Shown here: in pieces, positions 39,089-53,340 of the stretch
Layout: each line of letters begins with the position of its first letter
How positions within the stretch are numbered: the stretch's first letter is position 1
Assembly (NCBI GenBank): GCA_951812955.1
Contig: OX638340.1
Coordinates: forward strand, 1,312,001 to 1,376,000
Origin: an uncultured Gemmatimonadota bacterium
GTDB lineage: Bacteria > JAAXHH01
Length of the DNA stretch: 64,000 bases
Direction of reading: 5' to 3'
The notes under the pieces: model-generated
Database searches by the model: none
Seen by the model: the letters and a program-made list of their open reading frames with translations, nothing else
Told to the model about the DNA's origin: nothing
Position numbers and translations under genes: made by a program

Positions 39089-39478
39089 TCAGGCAGCCTT
39101 GCGATTCGGCAGTTTGCGCCTCATCATCACGCCTGGAAGCCGCTTCAGTCTTTCGTTGCGAGGATCGATCTCGAATCCGCCGGACTCCAGGGCCGTAACG
39201 CCAAGCAGCGGTTCCGTCCCTTCCGGGCCATACGCAATGGTCCCGCCAACGACCACGCCCTCGAATTCGATCTCGGCGACTGTTGCTTCCAGCGTGAGCT
39301 GTTTCCCGTCCGCGAGTACGTAGTCGCGACTCCCCCTCGGTTTGAGTCCAATCGCTTCGAGACGCTGCCTCGGTACGAGCGAGTCGAACGCGGCGGTATC
39401 GACAACGAACTTGCCGGTCCAGCTACGCCGTGGATCGGCGGGATTTCGGATCGTCACGTCGACATAAGTAGTCCCCAT
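39089..39478 (-). CDS. retropepsin-like (clan AA) aspartyl protease domain protein
   Basis: …KFVVDTAAFDSLVP…VVVGGTIAYGPEGTEPLLGVTALE… resembles the bacterial retropepsin-like aspartyl protease family (DTG-type motif variant DTA). GGAGGG RBS before ATG 39478. Confidence 0.5.
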   Translation of the reverse strand: MGTTYVDVTIRNPADPRRSWTGKFVVDTAAFDSLVPRQRLEAIGLKPRGSRDYVLADGKQLTLEATVAEIEFEGVVVGGTIAYGPEGTEPLLGVTALESGGFEIDPRNERLKRLPGVMMRRKLPNRKAA

Positions 39479-39961
39479 ACTGAAATCCCTCCGGTGGGTA
39501 TCTCTTTCGATTGCACAAGTCAGATCTGATAATCCGTTGATCACCTTGTTAATATAGTCGTAATTCATTTGGTATTCTATTCGGTAATTTCGCTGAAGCG
39601 CACAGCGATCGGTTCGCCGATGGATTACATTATGTCGGAGGATTGTTCACCCGATTCGTCTGGAACGCTTTGGGTGGGCCGCGAAACCGCTTCACCCGGA
39701 ATGCTTCGAATGGGTCTCGGCTCCGCCGGACTGCACGGATGACGGAGTTTTGCAGAACATTTGGTCCTTCATTCCGTCGCCGTTACCGTACCCATCCCAA
39801 ATCCTTGACACCGCCATCCCATTCTCCTTACTTCCCGTTGTAAGTCCTGCCGCTGTGGTCCGGTCGGATCTGTGGCGTTGGAAGGTGGGACCAATTACGT
39901 AAGTCTTTCCTTTTGTTGAACGCACGGCATCGATCAGGTCGTACCGAAGGATAAGGTAGCT

Positions 39962-40246
39962 ATGCACGCTATAATCGAACAGAACCGCGCGGAAATCCTC
40001 GCCCTTGCCGAACGCCATGGCGTCGCCGACGTGCGCGTATTCGGGTCCATGGCGAGGGGCGACGCCGACGACGCCGGCGATGTCGACCTACTGGTGTCAC
40101 TGTCGCCTGGCAAAACAGGTCTTGCACTCGGAGCGCTGTTGATGGACGTGCAGGACCTCCTGCAACGACGTGTTGAAGTCTTAACGGAGAAAAGCCTTCA
40201 TCCTGCCCTCCGTGAAAACGTGTTGCGCGAGGCGCAGCCGTTATGA
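39962..40246 (+). CDS. mntA: MNT-type nucleotidyltransferase antitoxin, second copy
   Basis: About 80% identical to 34687-34971 by eye. …VRVFGSMARGDADDAGDVDLLVSL…. Confidence 0.75.
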   Translation: MHAIIEQNRAEILALAERHGVADVRVFGSMARGDADDAGDVDLLVSLSPGKTGLALGALLMDVQDLLQRRVEVLTEKSLHPALRENVLREAQPL

Positions 40247-40335
40247 AGTCAGACGCCTGGTCCGTAGAGTATCGCCCGAACACAACATTCCCGAATTAGC
40301 CAGGGCGATCGAGCGTATAGTTCATTCCACCTGAT
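40243..40335 (+). pseudogene. HepT toxin remnant (internal deletion)
   Basis: Starts MKSDA as in hepT at 34968, but terminates after 18 codons. The HepT C-terminus (…LARAIERIVHST*) is present about 40 nt later in another frame. About 90 codons are missing. Confidence 0.6.
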
Positions 40336-40390
40336 CCTTGAGAAGACCTCGCGGCCACGTGTCCTGCTGGCCGAGTGAAGGGTAATCATC

Positions 40391-40588
40391 ATGAATGTCA
40401 GTAAAGAAGAAAACACCAGACTCACTCCTTCGACAGTCAAACTCAAGCGGTTAATAGGGACCTCGCCTGCTCCTCGAATGTTGACGCCATACGAAATCAA
40501 GTTGCTGCGGCAAGCCGCGAAGGAAGTGGCCGAAGTTACGGAAGAAGTCCTCGCTGAGAAAGACAGTAGTAAGGAAGAAGGATGCTGA
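40391..40588 (+). CDS. small hypothetical protein (65 aa) translationally coupled to cas3
   Basis: GAAGGG RBS. The stop overlaps the cas3 ATG (ATGCTGA). Sequence …LTPYEIKLLRQAAKEVAEVTEEVLAEKD… is helical and charged. No recognisable family. Confidence 0.45.
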   Translation: MNVSKEENTRLTPSTVKLKRLIGTSPAPRMLTPYEIKLLRQAAKEVAEVTEEVLAEKDSSKEEGC

Positions 40589-43045
40589 CCTTCGAGCGGT
40601 TTTTCTCCACAGCGTTCGGTAAAGACGTTTGTCCTTTCGCCTATCAACAGGCTCTCGCAAAGCAGGCCTGGCCAGACGCGCTCATTGCTCCGACCGGCCT
40701 TGGCAAGACCGCCGCGGTGGTGCTTGGTTGGGCCTGGAAACACGCCGTAGTCGAATCTCCAACTCCACGTCGCCTCGTTTATTGCCTGCCTATGCGCACG
40801 CTCGTCGAGCAAACCGAGCGGAATGTCAGAGAATGGCTGCGTGAACTGGGCAAAGCAAATACGGACTGGAAATCACGCCTTCCGGACCCTGAAGCCGGAG
40901 TCCATGTCCTCATGGGCGGCATGGATGAGCCGCGCTGGTTTGAAACACCTGAACGACCGGCCATCCTGATCGGAACTCAAGATATGCTGATCAGCCGCGC
41001 CCTGATGCGGGGGTACGCCATGAGCCGCTTCCGCTGGCCAGTGGACTTCGCCTTGTTGCACAACGACGCGCAGTGGGTTTTTGACGAAGTGCAATTGATG
41101 GGAGCAGGCCTGGCGACCTCTACACAACTCGAAGGTTTTCGTCGTACGTTCGGAACGGAGATCCCTTCGTGCAGTCTCTGGGTGTCAGCGACCCTTCACC
41201 CGGACTGGCTACATACGGTTGATTTCCAGCAACGTCCTACGGTGTGGCGTGTTCCATGTGATTTCCCCGACGATATACATTCATCGCAAGTCCTCAAACT
41301 GATTAACGCGTGTAAGCCAATTCAGCCGTCGTCCGTCGCGCCGATGAGTGCCAAGAAGGCCGATCTGAACGCATACGCGACAGCGTTGGCGAAGGAAACC
41401 CGGAGTCTGCACCAAGAAAACAATACGACGCTTGTGGTACTCAATACAGTCGCCCGCGCCCAAGCCGTGCATAAAGCACTTCAGAAGATGGATGTTGCGC
41501 CTGCTTGCCTTGCTCTCATCCACTCGCGGTTTCGGCCTAAAGATCGCACCCGGCAGATGGACAAGTTGCCGCAAACCGGGGAAACAAAAAAACTGATCGT
41601 AGTCGCGACGCAGGCGATTGAAGCAGGTATCGATCTATCAGCGGCGGTCCTGCTCACCGAACTCGCGCCTCCTTCGTCCCTTACCCAGCGGTTCGGTCGG
41701 GTAAATCGCTACGGTGAGTTGAACGATTCCGGTGGCGGGACGGTCCGCTGGATAGATATCATCGGAGGCGACCTCGGTGATTCGTTGGCGGCTCCGTATG
41801 AGATTAACGAACTCAAAATCGGGCGCGAGCGGATTGCCGCGTTAAAGGACGCTCGGCCCTCTAATCTCGTGCCGCCCGCATCAGACGACTGCGCCTATCG
41901 GGGTGTGATACGATCCAGGGATATGCTGGACCTATACGACACCGATCCGGATTTGACCGGCTTTGATGTCGATATCGCTCCTTACGTCCGCGATGCTGAA
42001 GATACCGATATTCGAGTTTTCTGGCGCGATTTCGACGTGCAGTCTGGACCAGAGGACCAGACTGCACCCATGCGGGACGAGCTTTGTGCGGTTCCGATTG
42101 GGCGCGCGCGTAACTGGCTTAGGGATGTCAGAAAGAAGGAAGGGCAGCGGGTATTTCGCATAGACCCGCAGGCACGAGCTAATGGGAAGGGTAGCGTTCC
42201 GACTTGGACCGCGTTCCGAGAGGAACCGTGGCCGGGTTTGGTGTTGATGGTTCATGCGAGTGCTGGGGGTTATGCACCGGACACGGGGTTTGATCAGGGT
42301 CTAAAAACAGCAGTCGAGCCTGTGAAGCTAGGAGAGGAACAGCAGACGGCAGACGAGTCGAACGACGGCGATTCCGACAGCGAGCAGAGCAGGTGCGTGG
42401 AACTGACGGATCATCTGGACCACGTGGCTTTTGAAGCCAGATACCTATGCGATGGCCTCGACGTTTGTGAAGCTTGGAAAGCCACAATCCTCCAGGCAGC
42501 GTACTGGCACGACCTCGGTAAAGCACACCCTGAGTTTCAGGCGCGAATGGTTGCAAGTAACACGGAGGCCGACCCACCACCAGAAGGGTTGCTAGCCAAG
42601 GCTCCGAAGTACGACCGCACGAAAGGACGTGCATATTTCCGGCACGAACTTGCGTCTGCACTAGCATTTCTCACACAAGCAGGCTGGGTACGCAAGGCCG
42701 ATCTTGTTGCGTACCTGATAGCCGCCCATCACGGCAAGGTACGCCTGAACTTGCGTCCCCTACCAGCCGAAAGTCGGGTAATGGGGGAGGATGGACGGCG
42801 TTTTGCTCGCGGCGTGTGGGAGGGAGACGAGATACCGTTGGTTAGTTTGGGCAATGGGGAAACATGGACAGGGGGGCCACTCGCACTATCCGTGATGGAG
42901 TTAGGCGAGCATCCGGAAACTGGGGCAAGTTGGACCGAGCGTACGCGAAATTTGCTTTCCCAGTACGGTCCTTTTCAGCTCGCTTGGTTGGAGGCACTTG
43001 TACGTATCGCCGACTGGCGGGCATCAGCAAAAGAAGAACGAGGTC

Positions 43046-43062
<17 letters not shown>
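40582..43062 (+). CDS. cas3: Cas3 helicase with C-terminal HD nuclease domain (type I-G architecture)
   Basis: Helicase motif I APTGLGKT and motif II VFDEVQ. C-terminal HD motifs (…AYWHDLGKAHPEFQ…, …IAAHHGKVR…). Confidence 0.85.
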
Positions 43063-46598
<3,536 letters not shown>

Positions 46599-46605
46599 GT
46601 CTCGA

Positions 46606-48240
46606 ATGTTTGCACTTACTTTCACCTTTCCTTTGGGCCGCTATCACGCAACGCCGTGGGGGCGCCATGTCAACGAAGCCGATGTCGCTTGGCCGCCAGA
46701 GCCTTGGCGCATTCTTCGTGCGCTCGTCGCTACCTACTGGCGCAAAGGCGACCGGGTACGCTGGTCCGAGGACACACTCGCCCGTCTAGTAGACGCGCTA
46801 GCCCAGGATGCGCCGATCTATCACTTGCCCCCAGGCGTGATCCACGCACATACCCGGCATTACATGCCCACACCTAAAATGACGCTCGTCTTCGACGCCT
46901 TTGCCCACTTGTCTAAAGACGAACAGATCGTAGCGGCTTGGCCAGAACTCGAATTGGACGTCGAACTATTTGATTTGGCGGCTGATCTCGCAGAGGGGCT
47001 CGGCTACCTGGGGCGTGCCGAGAGTTGGGTTGAATGCGGAACGATAACCGACTGGAACCAAGATGTGGCAAACTGCCATCCTGTGGGCCAAAATGGGACC
47101 GCCCACGGGGAGATAGTGCGAGTGCTCACACCGCTCAGTGCTCAGGATTATATGGTGGAGCGTACGCGCCTGTTGGAGGAAGTTGACGATGCAGAGCGAG
47201 ACCGCACCGCTGCTTCCGGCAAGAGACCTCCTACCCCCAGAGCCCTTGAAAGGGCACGCAACAAAGCGTTCGGGCCGACCCTTCCTGATCGTCTGGTCGA
47301 AGCCTTGATGCTCGATACGGCCGATTACCAAAAATACCGTTGGAACCGACCGCCAGCCTCACGTGAGATTGTTTATACACGTCCGCCTCTGTCCCCTGTT
47401 CCTCGCCGTGCCCGGATTCGTGCAACAGTTGATGACCGCAGACAATTCACCGTAGCGCGCTTTCTTTTGGCCGGCCGTCCCCGACCTCGTATTGAGGATG
47501 CGGTCAAGATCGGTGAACTCATGCGGCTTGCCGCGCTTTCCAAGTTTGGTTGGGAGGACAAGAGACCCAGAGCACCGTCGGTGATATCAGGCCGGGGTTC
47601 TGATGGCCGACCATTACGCAACGGCCAGCATTCGCATGCGTTTTGGTTGCCCGAGGACGCCGATGGCGATGGCTGGATTGACCATATAACGGTTTACGCA
47701 GAGGAAGGTTTCGATGTTTCAGTGCGCGAGAAGCTGGATCGACTGACCCGTTTGTGGGTCGGTGGAGACGATTCCGGTGGAGAGGAAGGAGATAAAGAGA
47801 CCGGTCGCCAAGAGTGGCGACTGGCCTTGGAGGGCTTTGGCCGCCCGGAGGACTTTGCGGACACATCAAGGCTATTTAGCTGTTCAGATGAATGGGAAAG
47901 TGTAACACCTTTTTTGGCGTCTGGTCACTTAAAAAAGGCCGGGTATGAAGGCGAGATACATCGGCTTTGGAAGCGCAGACGAGTCACATCTGGTTCGCAT
48001 ACTGAGCCTGTACAGGTCGAAATCTTGCGCCACATCGAGATTCACGGTACTCTCCGTAGAGCAGTGCATTTTCATCGATTCCGTTCACGGGGACGAGAGA
48101 AGCAACCCGACGCGCAAGGGGCCTTGCTGCGCCTGAGTTTTAACGAGCCAGTTACAGGACCCTTAGCTCTTGGATATGCCTGCCATTTTGGTCTTGGAAT
48201 GTTCGCACGCCCAATCCTAGACGCAAAATCGGAACAATGA
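46606..48240 (+). CDS. csb2: Csb2 (Cas5-Cas6 fusion-type subunit, type I-G)
   Basis: N-terminal …LGRYHATPWGRHVNEADVAWPPEPWRILRALV… matches the conserved Csb2/GSU0054 motif. 544 aa. Confidence 0.7.
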   Translation: MFALTFTFPLGRYHATPWGRHVNEADVAWPPEPWRILRALVATYWRKGDRVRWSEDTLARLVDALAQDAPIYHLPPGVIHAHTRHYMPTPKMTLVFDAFAHLSKDEQIVAAWPELELDVELFDLAADLAEGLGYLGRAESWVECGTITDWNQDVANCHPVGQNGTAHGEIVRVLTPLSAQDYMVERTRLLEEVDDAERDRTAASGKRPPTPRALERARNKAFGPTLPDRLVEALMLDTADYQKYRWNRPPASREIVYTRPPLSPVPRRARIRATVDDRRQFTVARFLLAGRPRPRIEDAVKIGELMRLAALSKFGWEDKRPRAPSVISGRGSDGRPLRNGQHSHAFWLPEDADGDGWIDHITVYAEEGFDVSVREKLDRLTRLWVGGDDSGGEEGDKETGRQEWRLALEGFGRPEDFADTSRLFSCSDEWESVTPFLASGHLKKAGYEGEIHRLWKRRRVTSGSHTEPVQVEILRHIEIHGTLRRAVHFHRFRSRGREKQPDAQGALLRLSFNEPVTGPLALGYACHFGLGMFARPILDAKSEQ

Positions 48241-48444
48241 AACGCAGCATTTACAATGACACCTCAGTCATTGGAGTTTGTTATAGAGTTGTTTCAAGGA
48301 AGCTATAACTGTCGATCGATTCTTACATAATCTCGATGTTGTTCATACAGCCTTAAGTCGAGACGTATCCCTGGACCCACGACAGCTAAAACGTACGAAC
48401 ATTTTGCAGAACGAGTAGCCGCGAATACTTCAGCGACTCACCAC

Positions 48445-50157
48445 ATGAACCACATCCACCAACTCACGCTACCAATACCTCCGCCCCCAGTCGACGCGAA
48501 TACGCCATTGGTCCCAGCGCGCATGGTCAACGAATGGGTCTATTGCCCGCGACTGGCCTACCTGGAATGGGTTGAAGGAGAGTGGGCGGAGACGGGAGAC
48601 ACCGCCGAGGGACGGCGTACACACGTAAGGGTCGACGAAGGTGGCGGCCGTCTGCCCGGACCGGAAGAACTGGATGATGAGATGGCCCGCGCCCGGTCCG
48701 TCACGCTTTCGTCGGATCGTCTCGGCGTAATCGCCAAGATAGACGTCGTGGAAGCCGAAGAAGGAATCGTCACGCCCGTGGATTTCAAGAAAGGCAAGCG
48801 TCCCCATGTCGCCACTGGCGCCTACGAGCCCGAACGCGTCCAGATCTGCACGCAGGCCATGATCCTGGAGGACAATGGTTACAGAGTGGAGCGCGGTATG
48901 CTCTGGTACGCCGGGTCGCGTGAGCGCGTCCCGGTGATGCTTGACGATGAACTTCGATCCCTGACCCTGGCGGCAATCAGAGAATTGCGCGTCGCCGCGG
49001 CTGATGGCCGTCGGCCACCGCCTCTGGAAAACAGCCCGAAGTGCCCCCGCTGTGCCCTGGCGGGGATCTGTCTGCCCGACGAAACCAACCTGTTCCGCAA
49101 AGGGACTGCACCACGCCCGCTGAACCCATCGGATGATCCGGCCCTGCCGCTCTACGTACAGGAACCGGGGGCGCGACTGCGAAAGAGCGGTGAGCGCTTG
49201 GTGGTGGAAATCAAGGAAGAATCCGTAGAGGTACCCATAATCGACGTTTCCCAGGTCGCTCTGTTCGGCCCCGTCTCGGTGACCACACCGGCTCTGCACG
49301 CGCTGATGAACGCGGAGATTCCGGTATCGTGGTTTTCCACGGGAGGCTGGTTCCTCGGCCATACAGTAGGAACAGGGCATGGAAACGTGGCCGTTCGCGA
49401 AGCGCAATACCGCGTAGCCTTCGATAAAGGCGCTCGCCTTGCCTTCGCGCGCGATCTCGTGGCGGCTAAGGCGCGTAACGCCCGTACGATGTTGCGTCGC
49501 AACTGGCGCGTCAATATGGACGCGGAAATCAGGGATGAAGCCCTAGTCCGGCTCAGGGGAGTCGTGCGCCGCATCTCCCGCGCCACGGACGAAAGCCAAC
49601 TGCTGGGCCTGGAAGGCGAGGCCGCCGCAGTGTATTTCAACTGCTTCGAGCACATGCTTGCTAAGGATCTGGACGGCGGCGCGACGGGGTTCTCCTTCAC
49701 CAAGCGCAATCGGCGGCCTCCCACGGATCCGGTGAACGCGCTCCTGTCGCTGGCCTACGCTTTGTTGACGCGGGTATTCACTACGACCATCTCGGCGACG
49801 GGGCTCGACCCCTACATGGGCCTCTACCACCATACGCGCCACGGGCGCCCGGCGCTGTCCCTCGATCTAATGGAACCGTTCAGACCTATTGTCGCCGACT
49901 CCTGCGTTATTCAAGCCATCAACAACGGCGAAGTAAAGCTGGCCGATTTCGTGTTCAACGGGGCTGCTTGTTCGCTGAAGCCTGCTGGTCGCAAGTCCTT
50001 CATCGCCGCGTTCGAGCGGCGCATGGAGCAGGAGACCACACATCCGCTTTTCGGCTATCGCGTTTCCATGCGGCGACTTATCGAGGTACAGTCCCGATTG
50101 CTCGCCCGGCATTTTCAGGGAGAGATCGTCTCTTACCCTCATTATCTTCCCCGGTAG
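48445..50157 (+). CDS. cas4-cas1: Cas4-Cas1 fusion protein
   Basis: N-terminal Cas4 domain with a Cys cluster (CPRLAYLEW … CPRCALAGICLPDE). C-terminal Cas1 region. 570 aa. Confidence 0.8.
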   Translation: MNHIHQLTLPIPPPPVDANTPLVPARMVNEWVYCPRLAYLEWVEGEWAETGDTAEGRRTHVRVDEGGGRLPGPEELDDEMARARSVTLSSDRLGVIAKIDVVEAEEGIVTPVDFKKGKRPHVATGAYEPERVQICTQAMILEDNGYRVERGMLWYAGSRERVPVMLDDELRSLTLAAIRELRVAAADGRRPPPLENSPKCPRCALAGICLPDETNLFRKGTAPRPLNPSDDPALPLYVQEPGARLRKSGERLVVEIKEESVEVPIIDVSQVALFGPVSVTTPALHALMNAEIPVSWFSTGGWFLGHTVGTGHGNVAVREAQYRVAFDKGARLAFARDLVAAKARNARTMLRRNWRVNMDAEIRDEALVRLRGVVRRISRATDESQLLGLEGEAAAVYFNCFEHMLAKDLDGGATGFSFTKRNRRPPTDPVNALLSLAYALLTRVFTTTISATGLDPYMGLYHHTRHGRPALSLDLMEPFRPIVADSCVIQAINNGEVKLADFVFNGAACSLKPAGRKSFIAAFERRMEQETTHPLFGYRVSMRRLIEVQSRLLARHFQGEIVSYPHYLPR

Positions 50158-50162
50158 CGACT

Positions 50163-50456
50163 ATGGCCAACGAACGTCTCTACATCGTCGCCTACGACAT
50201 ATCCGAGCCAAAGCGATGGCGGCGCGTGTACAAGCTGATGAAAGGCTATGGGCACTGGTTGCAGTTGTCGATTTTCCAGTGCAGGCTCACGGCCCGGCGA
50301 CGCGCGGAAATGACCGCTCGTCTGGAGGAATCGATCGATCTGTCGGAGGACCACATTCTGATCGTGGACATGGGTCCCGCGGACAAAGTGGATCCATTGG
50401 TAGAAAGCCTGGGCAAGGCATATGAAGCGCCGACTCGAAAAGCCACCGTCGTGTAG
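50163..50456 (+). CDS. cas2: Cas2
   Basis: …RLYIVAYDISEPKRWRRVYKLMKGYGHWLQLSIFQCRL… is Cas2-like. 97 aa. Starts 6 nt after the cas4-cas1 stop. Confidence 0.85.
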   Translation: MANERLYIVAYDISEPKRWRRVYKLMKGYGHWLQLSIFQCRLTARRRAEMTARLEESIDLSEDHILIVDMGPADKVDPLVESLGKAYEAPTRKATVV

Positions 50457-50665
50457 CCGTGCCTTTGCCGGGTCCTCCGCGAACGCTCCGGTGGAAGGGA
50501 AATGCCGGGCAGCGCTCGCGTCCTGGTATTTGTTTGTTCTGCATGGAGTTACGAGGCATTGTAACTGATTTCGGGGAGGGCGATTTGAATGTCCGTGAGA
50601 TTTTAGCAGCAGTGCTCGCAAAAGGCCTGACAAGCCTAAGTCTGCCAAAGAGTTGCTAAGGAACT

Positions 50666-53218
50666 ATTTCCGGGGCTGCGCAGCCCCGGCCTCATTGAAG
50701 CGCCGCCATATCGATCCGGATAGAAGGTTGTCCGTTCGATTTCCGGGGCTGCGCAGCCCCGGCCTCATTGAAGCACCATATGCCGGCGCGGTGATTGGGT
50801 ATTTGCGGCACGATTTCCGGGGCTGCGCAGCCCCGGCCTCATTGAAGCATCCGTCATCATAAAACCCCCGTAAATGGCCATAGGGATTTCCGGGGCTGCG
50901 CAGCCCCGGCCTCATTGAAGCCGTCGTCGCGATGGCGGTGTTCGGTGGCAACCTGTGATTTCCGGGGCTGCGCAGCCCCGGCCTCATTGAAGCCACCAGA
51001 ATACCCATGCGGCCGATAACGAGGTGCTGCTTATTTCCGGGGCTGCGCAGCCCCGGCCTCATTGAAGCCGATCCTTCCGCGAAGTGTCCGGCCTGCACCG
51101 CTCCATTTCCGGGGCTGCGCAGCCCCGGCCTCATTGAAGCATGAGTTGACGCTCCGAGATACCCAGCAGCGTCGCGAGATTTCCGGGGCTGCGCAGCCCC
51201 GGCCTCATTGAAGCCGGAAGATGTTGCTCCCCTGGCCGTCGGTGAAGAAGTTATTTCCGGGGCTGCGCAGCCCCGGCCTCATTGAAGCCGGAAGATGTTG
51301 CTCCCCTGGCCGTCGGTGAAGAAGTTATTTCCGGGGCTGCGCAGCCCCGGCCTCATTGAAGCGAGAAGATCTCCCCGGATAACGTGGACGACCCCACCGG
51401 CATTTCCGGGGCTGCGCAGCCCCGGCCTCATTGAAGCCGGTTGGCCTCCGGGTCCGGCTCGGTTTCGTGCGGTTGATTTCCGGGGCTGCGCAGCCCCGGC
51501 CTCATTGAAGCTTGGAAGCCATGATGGCCTTGGTGCCCAGGGCGAGCGCCATTTCCGGGGCTGCGCAGCCCCGGCCTCATTGAAGCTAGGCCTCCTCGCT
51601 GGCGAATCCCATCTTGTACCACTATTTCCGGGGCTGCGCAGCCCCGGCCTCATTGAAGCTCGTACACGTGGGCGGTGGTCAGCACCACCTTGGAACCGGA
51701 TTTCCGGGGCTGCGCAGCCCCGGCCTCATTGAAGCGTCGGTTTCGTCCTCGGTGTCGCGGTGACGACGCTCTATTTCCGGGGCTGCGCAGCCCCGGCCTC
51801 ATTGAAGCATCAAACACACCCTTCAAGCGTAAACATAGGCCCTGGATTTCCGGGGCTGCGCAGCCCCGGCCTCATTGAAGCCCATCAGTGTGGTCGACTG
51901 CTGCCTGCGTGTGCTGGAGAAATTTCCGGGGCTGCGCAGCCCCGGCCTCATTGAAGCCCATCAGTGTGGTCGACTGCTGCCTGCGTGTGCTGGAGAAATT
52001 TCCGGGGCTGCGCAGCCCCGGCCTCATTGAAGCATGCACATCTCGAAGTCACAGGACCAGACACAGGTGACGATTTCCGGGGCTGCGCAGCCCCGGCCTC
52101 ATTGAAGCCACGGAAGGCAGCCAGGGTCGCACCGCTGGCACCCAGATTTCCGGGGCTGCGCAGCCCCGGCCTCATTGAAGCCAAGCAATCGAACGCAAGC
52201 ACAAGCGGACGCTCGACCATTTCCGGGGCTGCGCAGCCCCGGCCTCATTGAAGCTAAGGGTATTGTCCAGGACGATGACCTGAATGAATATATTTCCGGG
52301 GCTGCGCAGCCCCGGCCTCATTGAAGCCTGTGCAAAACGCGCGGTACTTGAAATTGGCCCGTGTCATTTCCGGGGCTGCGCAGCCCCGGCCTCATTGAAG
52401 CGTGATTGATCAATTTCGAGATTAACCGTTATTTCCTCCATTTCCGGGGCTGCGCAGCCCCGGCCTCATTGAAGCAGGAACACGTGGAAGAGGTAGGAGC
52501 AGACGCGAAACCATTTCCGGGGCTGCGCAGCCCCGGCCTCATTGAAGCGAAGCTCCTGTTGAGTCTGTGAACGACTGGACGGGTTAATTTCCGGGGCTGC
52601 GCAGCCCCGGCCTCATTGAAGCGATGCAATCAGAAACCTCCTTCATCGTCGCATCCTGATATTTCCGGGGCTGCGCAGCCCCGGCCTCATTGAAGCGATT
52701 CATCGTTGGCGTTGTCGTCCACCTCCTCGGCGAGGTATTTCCGGGGCTGCGCAGCCCCGGCCTCATTGAAGCCAAGTTGACAGACATAGGAATCCAGCCT
52801 TACGCGTCCACATTTCCGGGGCTGCGCAGCCCCGGCCTCATTGAAGCTCTGAAAAAGACCTGTTGCTCCACCCCATCGAGGACGTATTTCCGGGGCTGCG
52901 CAGCCCCGGCCTCATTGAAGCGCCTTGTCGCGGATAGCCCTTGCCTGCTCCTCCAAAGCCATTTCCGGGGCTGCGCAGCCCCGGCCTCATTGAAGCCTCC
53001 AACACCAGCAACAGCACGGCAGGGTCCCTGGGCATTTCCGGGCTGCGCAGCCCCGGCCTCATTGAAGCGAATCTCCCTCCAGCGGGTTGCAGTCCTTCAG
53101 GTCCTGGGTTTCCGGGGCCGCACGGCCCCGGCCTCATTGAAGCGAGATCCCCCCGGACCCTGGTAAGGCGTCGGCGGGCAGTGTTTCCGGGGCCGCTCGG
53201 CCCCGGCCTCATTGAAGC
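50666..53218 (+). CRISPR. CRISPR array of about 35 repeats (36-bp ATTTCCGGGGCTGCGCAGCCCCGGCCTCATTGAAGC) with 34 spacers of 36-40 bp. Leader is 50457-50665. A further degenerate partial repeat lies near 53255.
   Basis: Repeat units were counted directly. The palindromic core is CCGGGGCTGCGCAGCCCCGG. The 3' end …ATTGAAGC is typical of type I-G/I-U repeats. Pristine repeats are leader-proximal (next to cas2). The last three are degenerate: one has a single-G deletion at 53034, and two read GTTTCCGGGGCCGC(A/T)CGGCCCC at 53108 and 53183. Confidence 0.95.
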
Positions 53219-53340
53219 TCGGATCCTAACTACGACCTGTTCATTATCAATTGCGTTTCCGGGCTGCGCGGCGAGGATCGTGGGCCCTGATCCAGGGCTT
53301 TTAGACGTTTCGTTTCCAGACAGACTGATTTCAACGTATA

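Noticed and set aside
40249-40812. 187-aa ORF on the minus strand overlapping the small ORF and the cas3 start
   Set aside because: It runs opposite the HepT remnant, the small ORF and cas3, has no RBS, and its composition is implausible.
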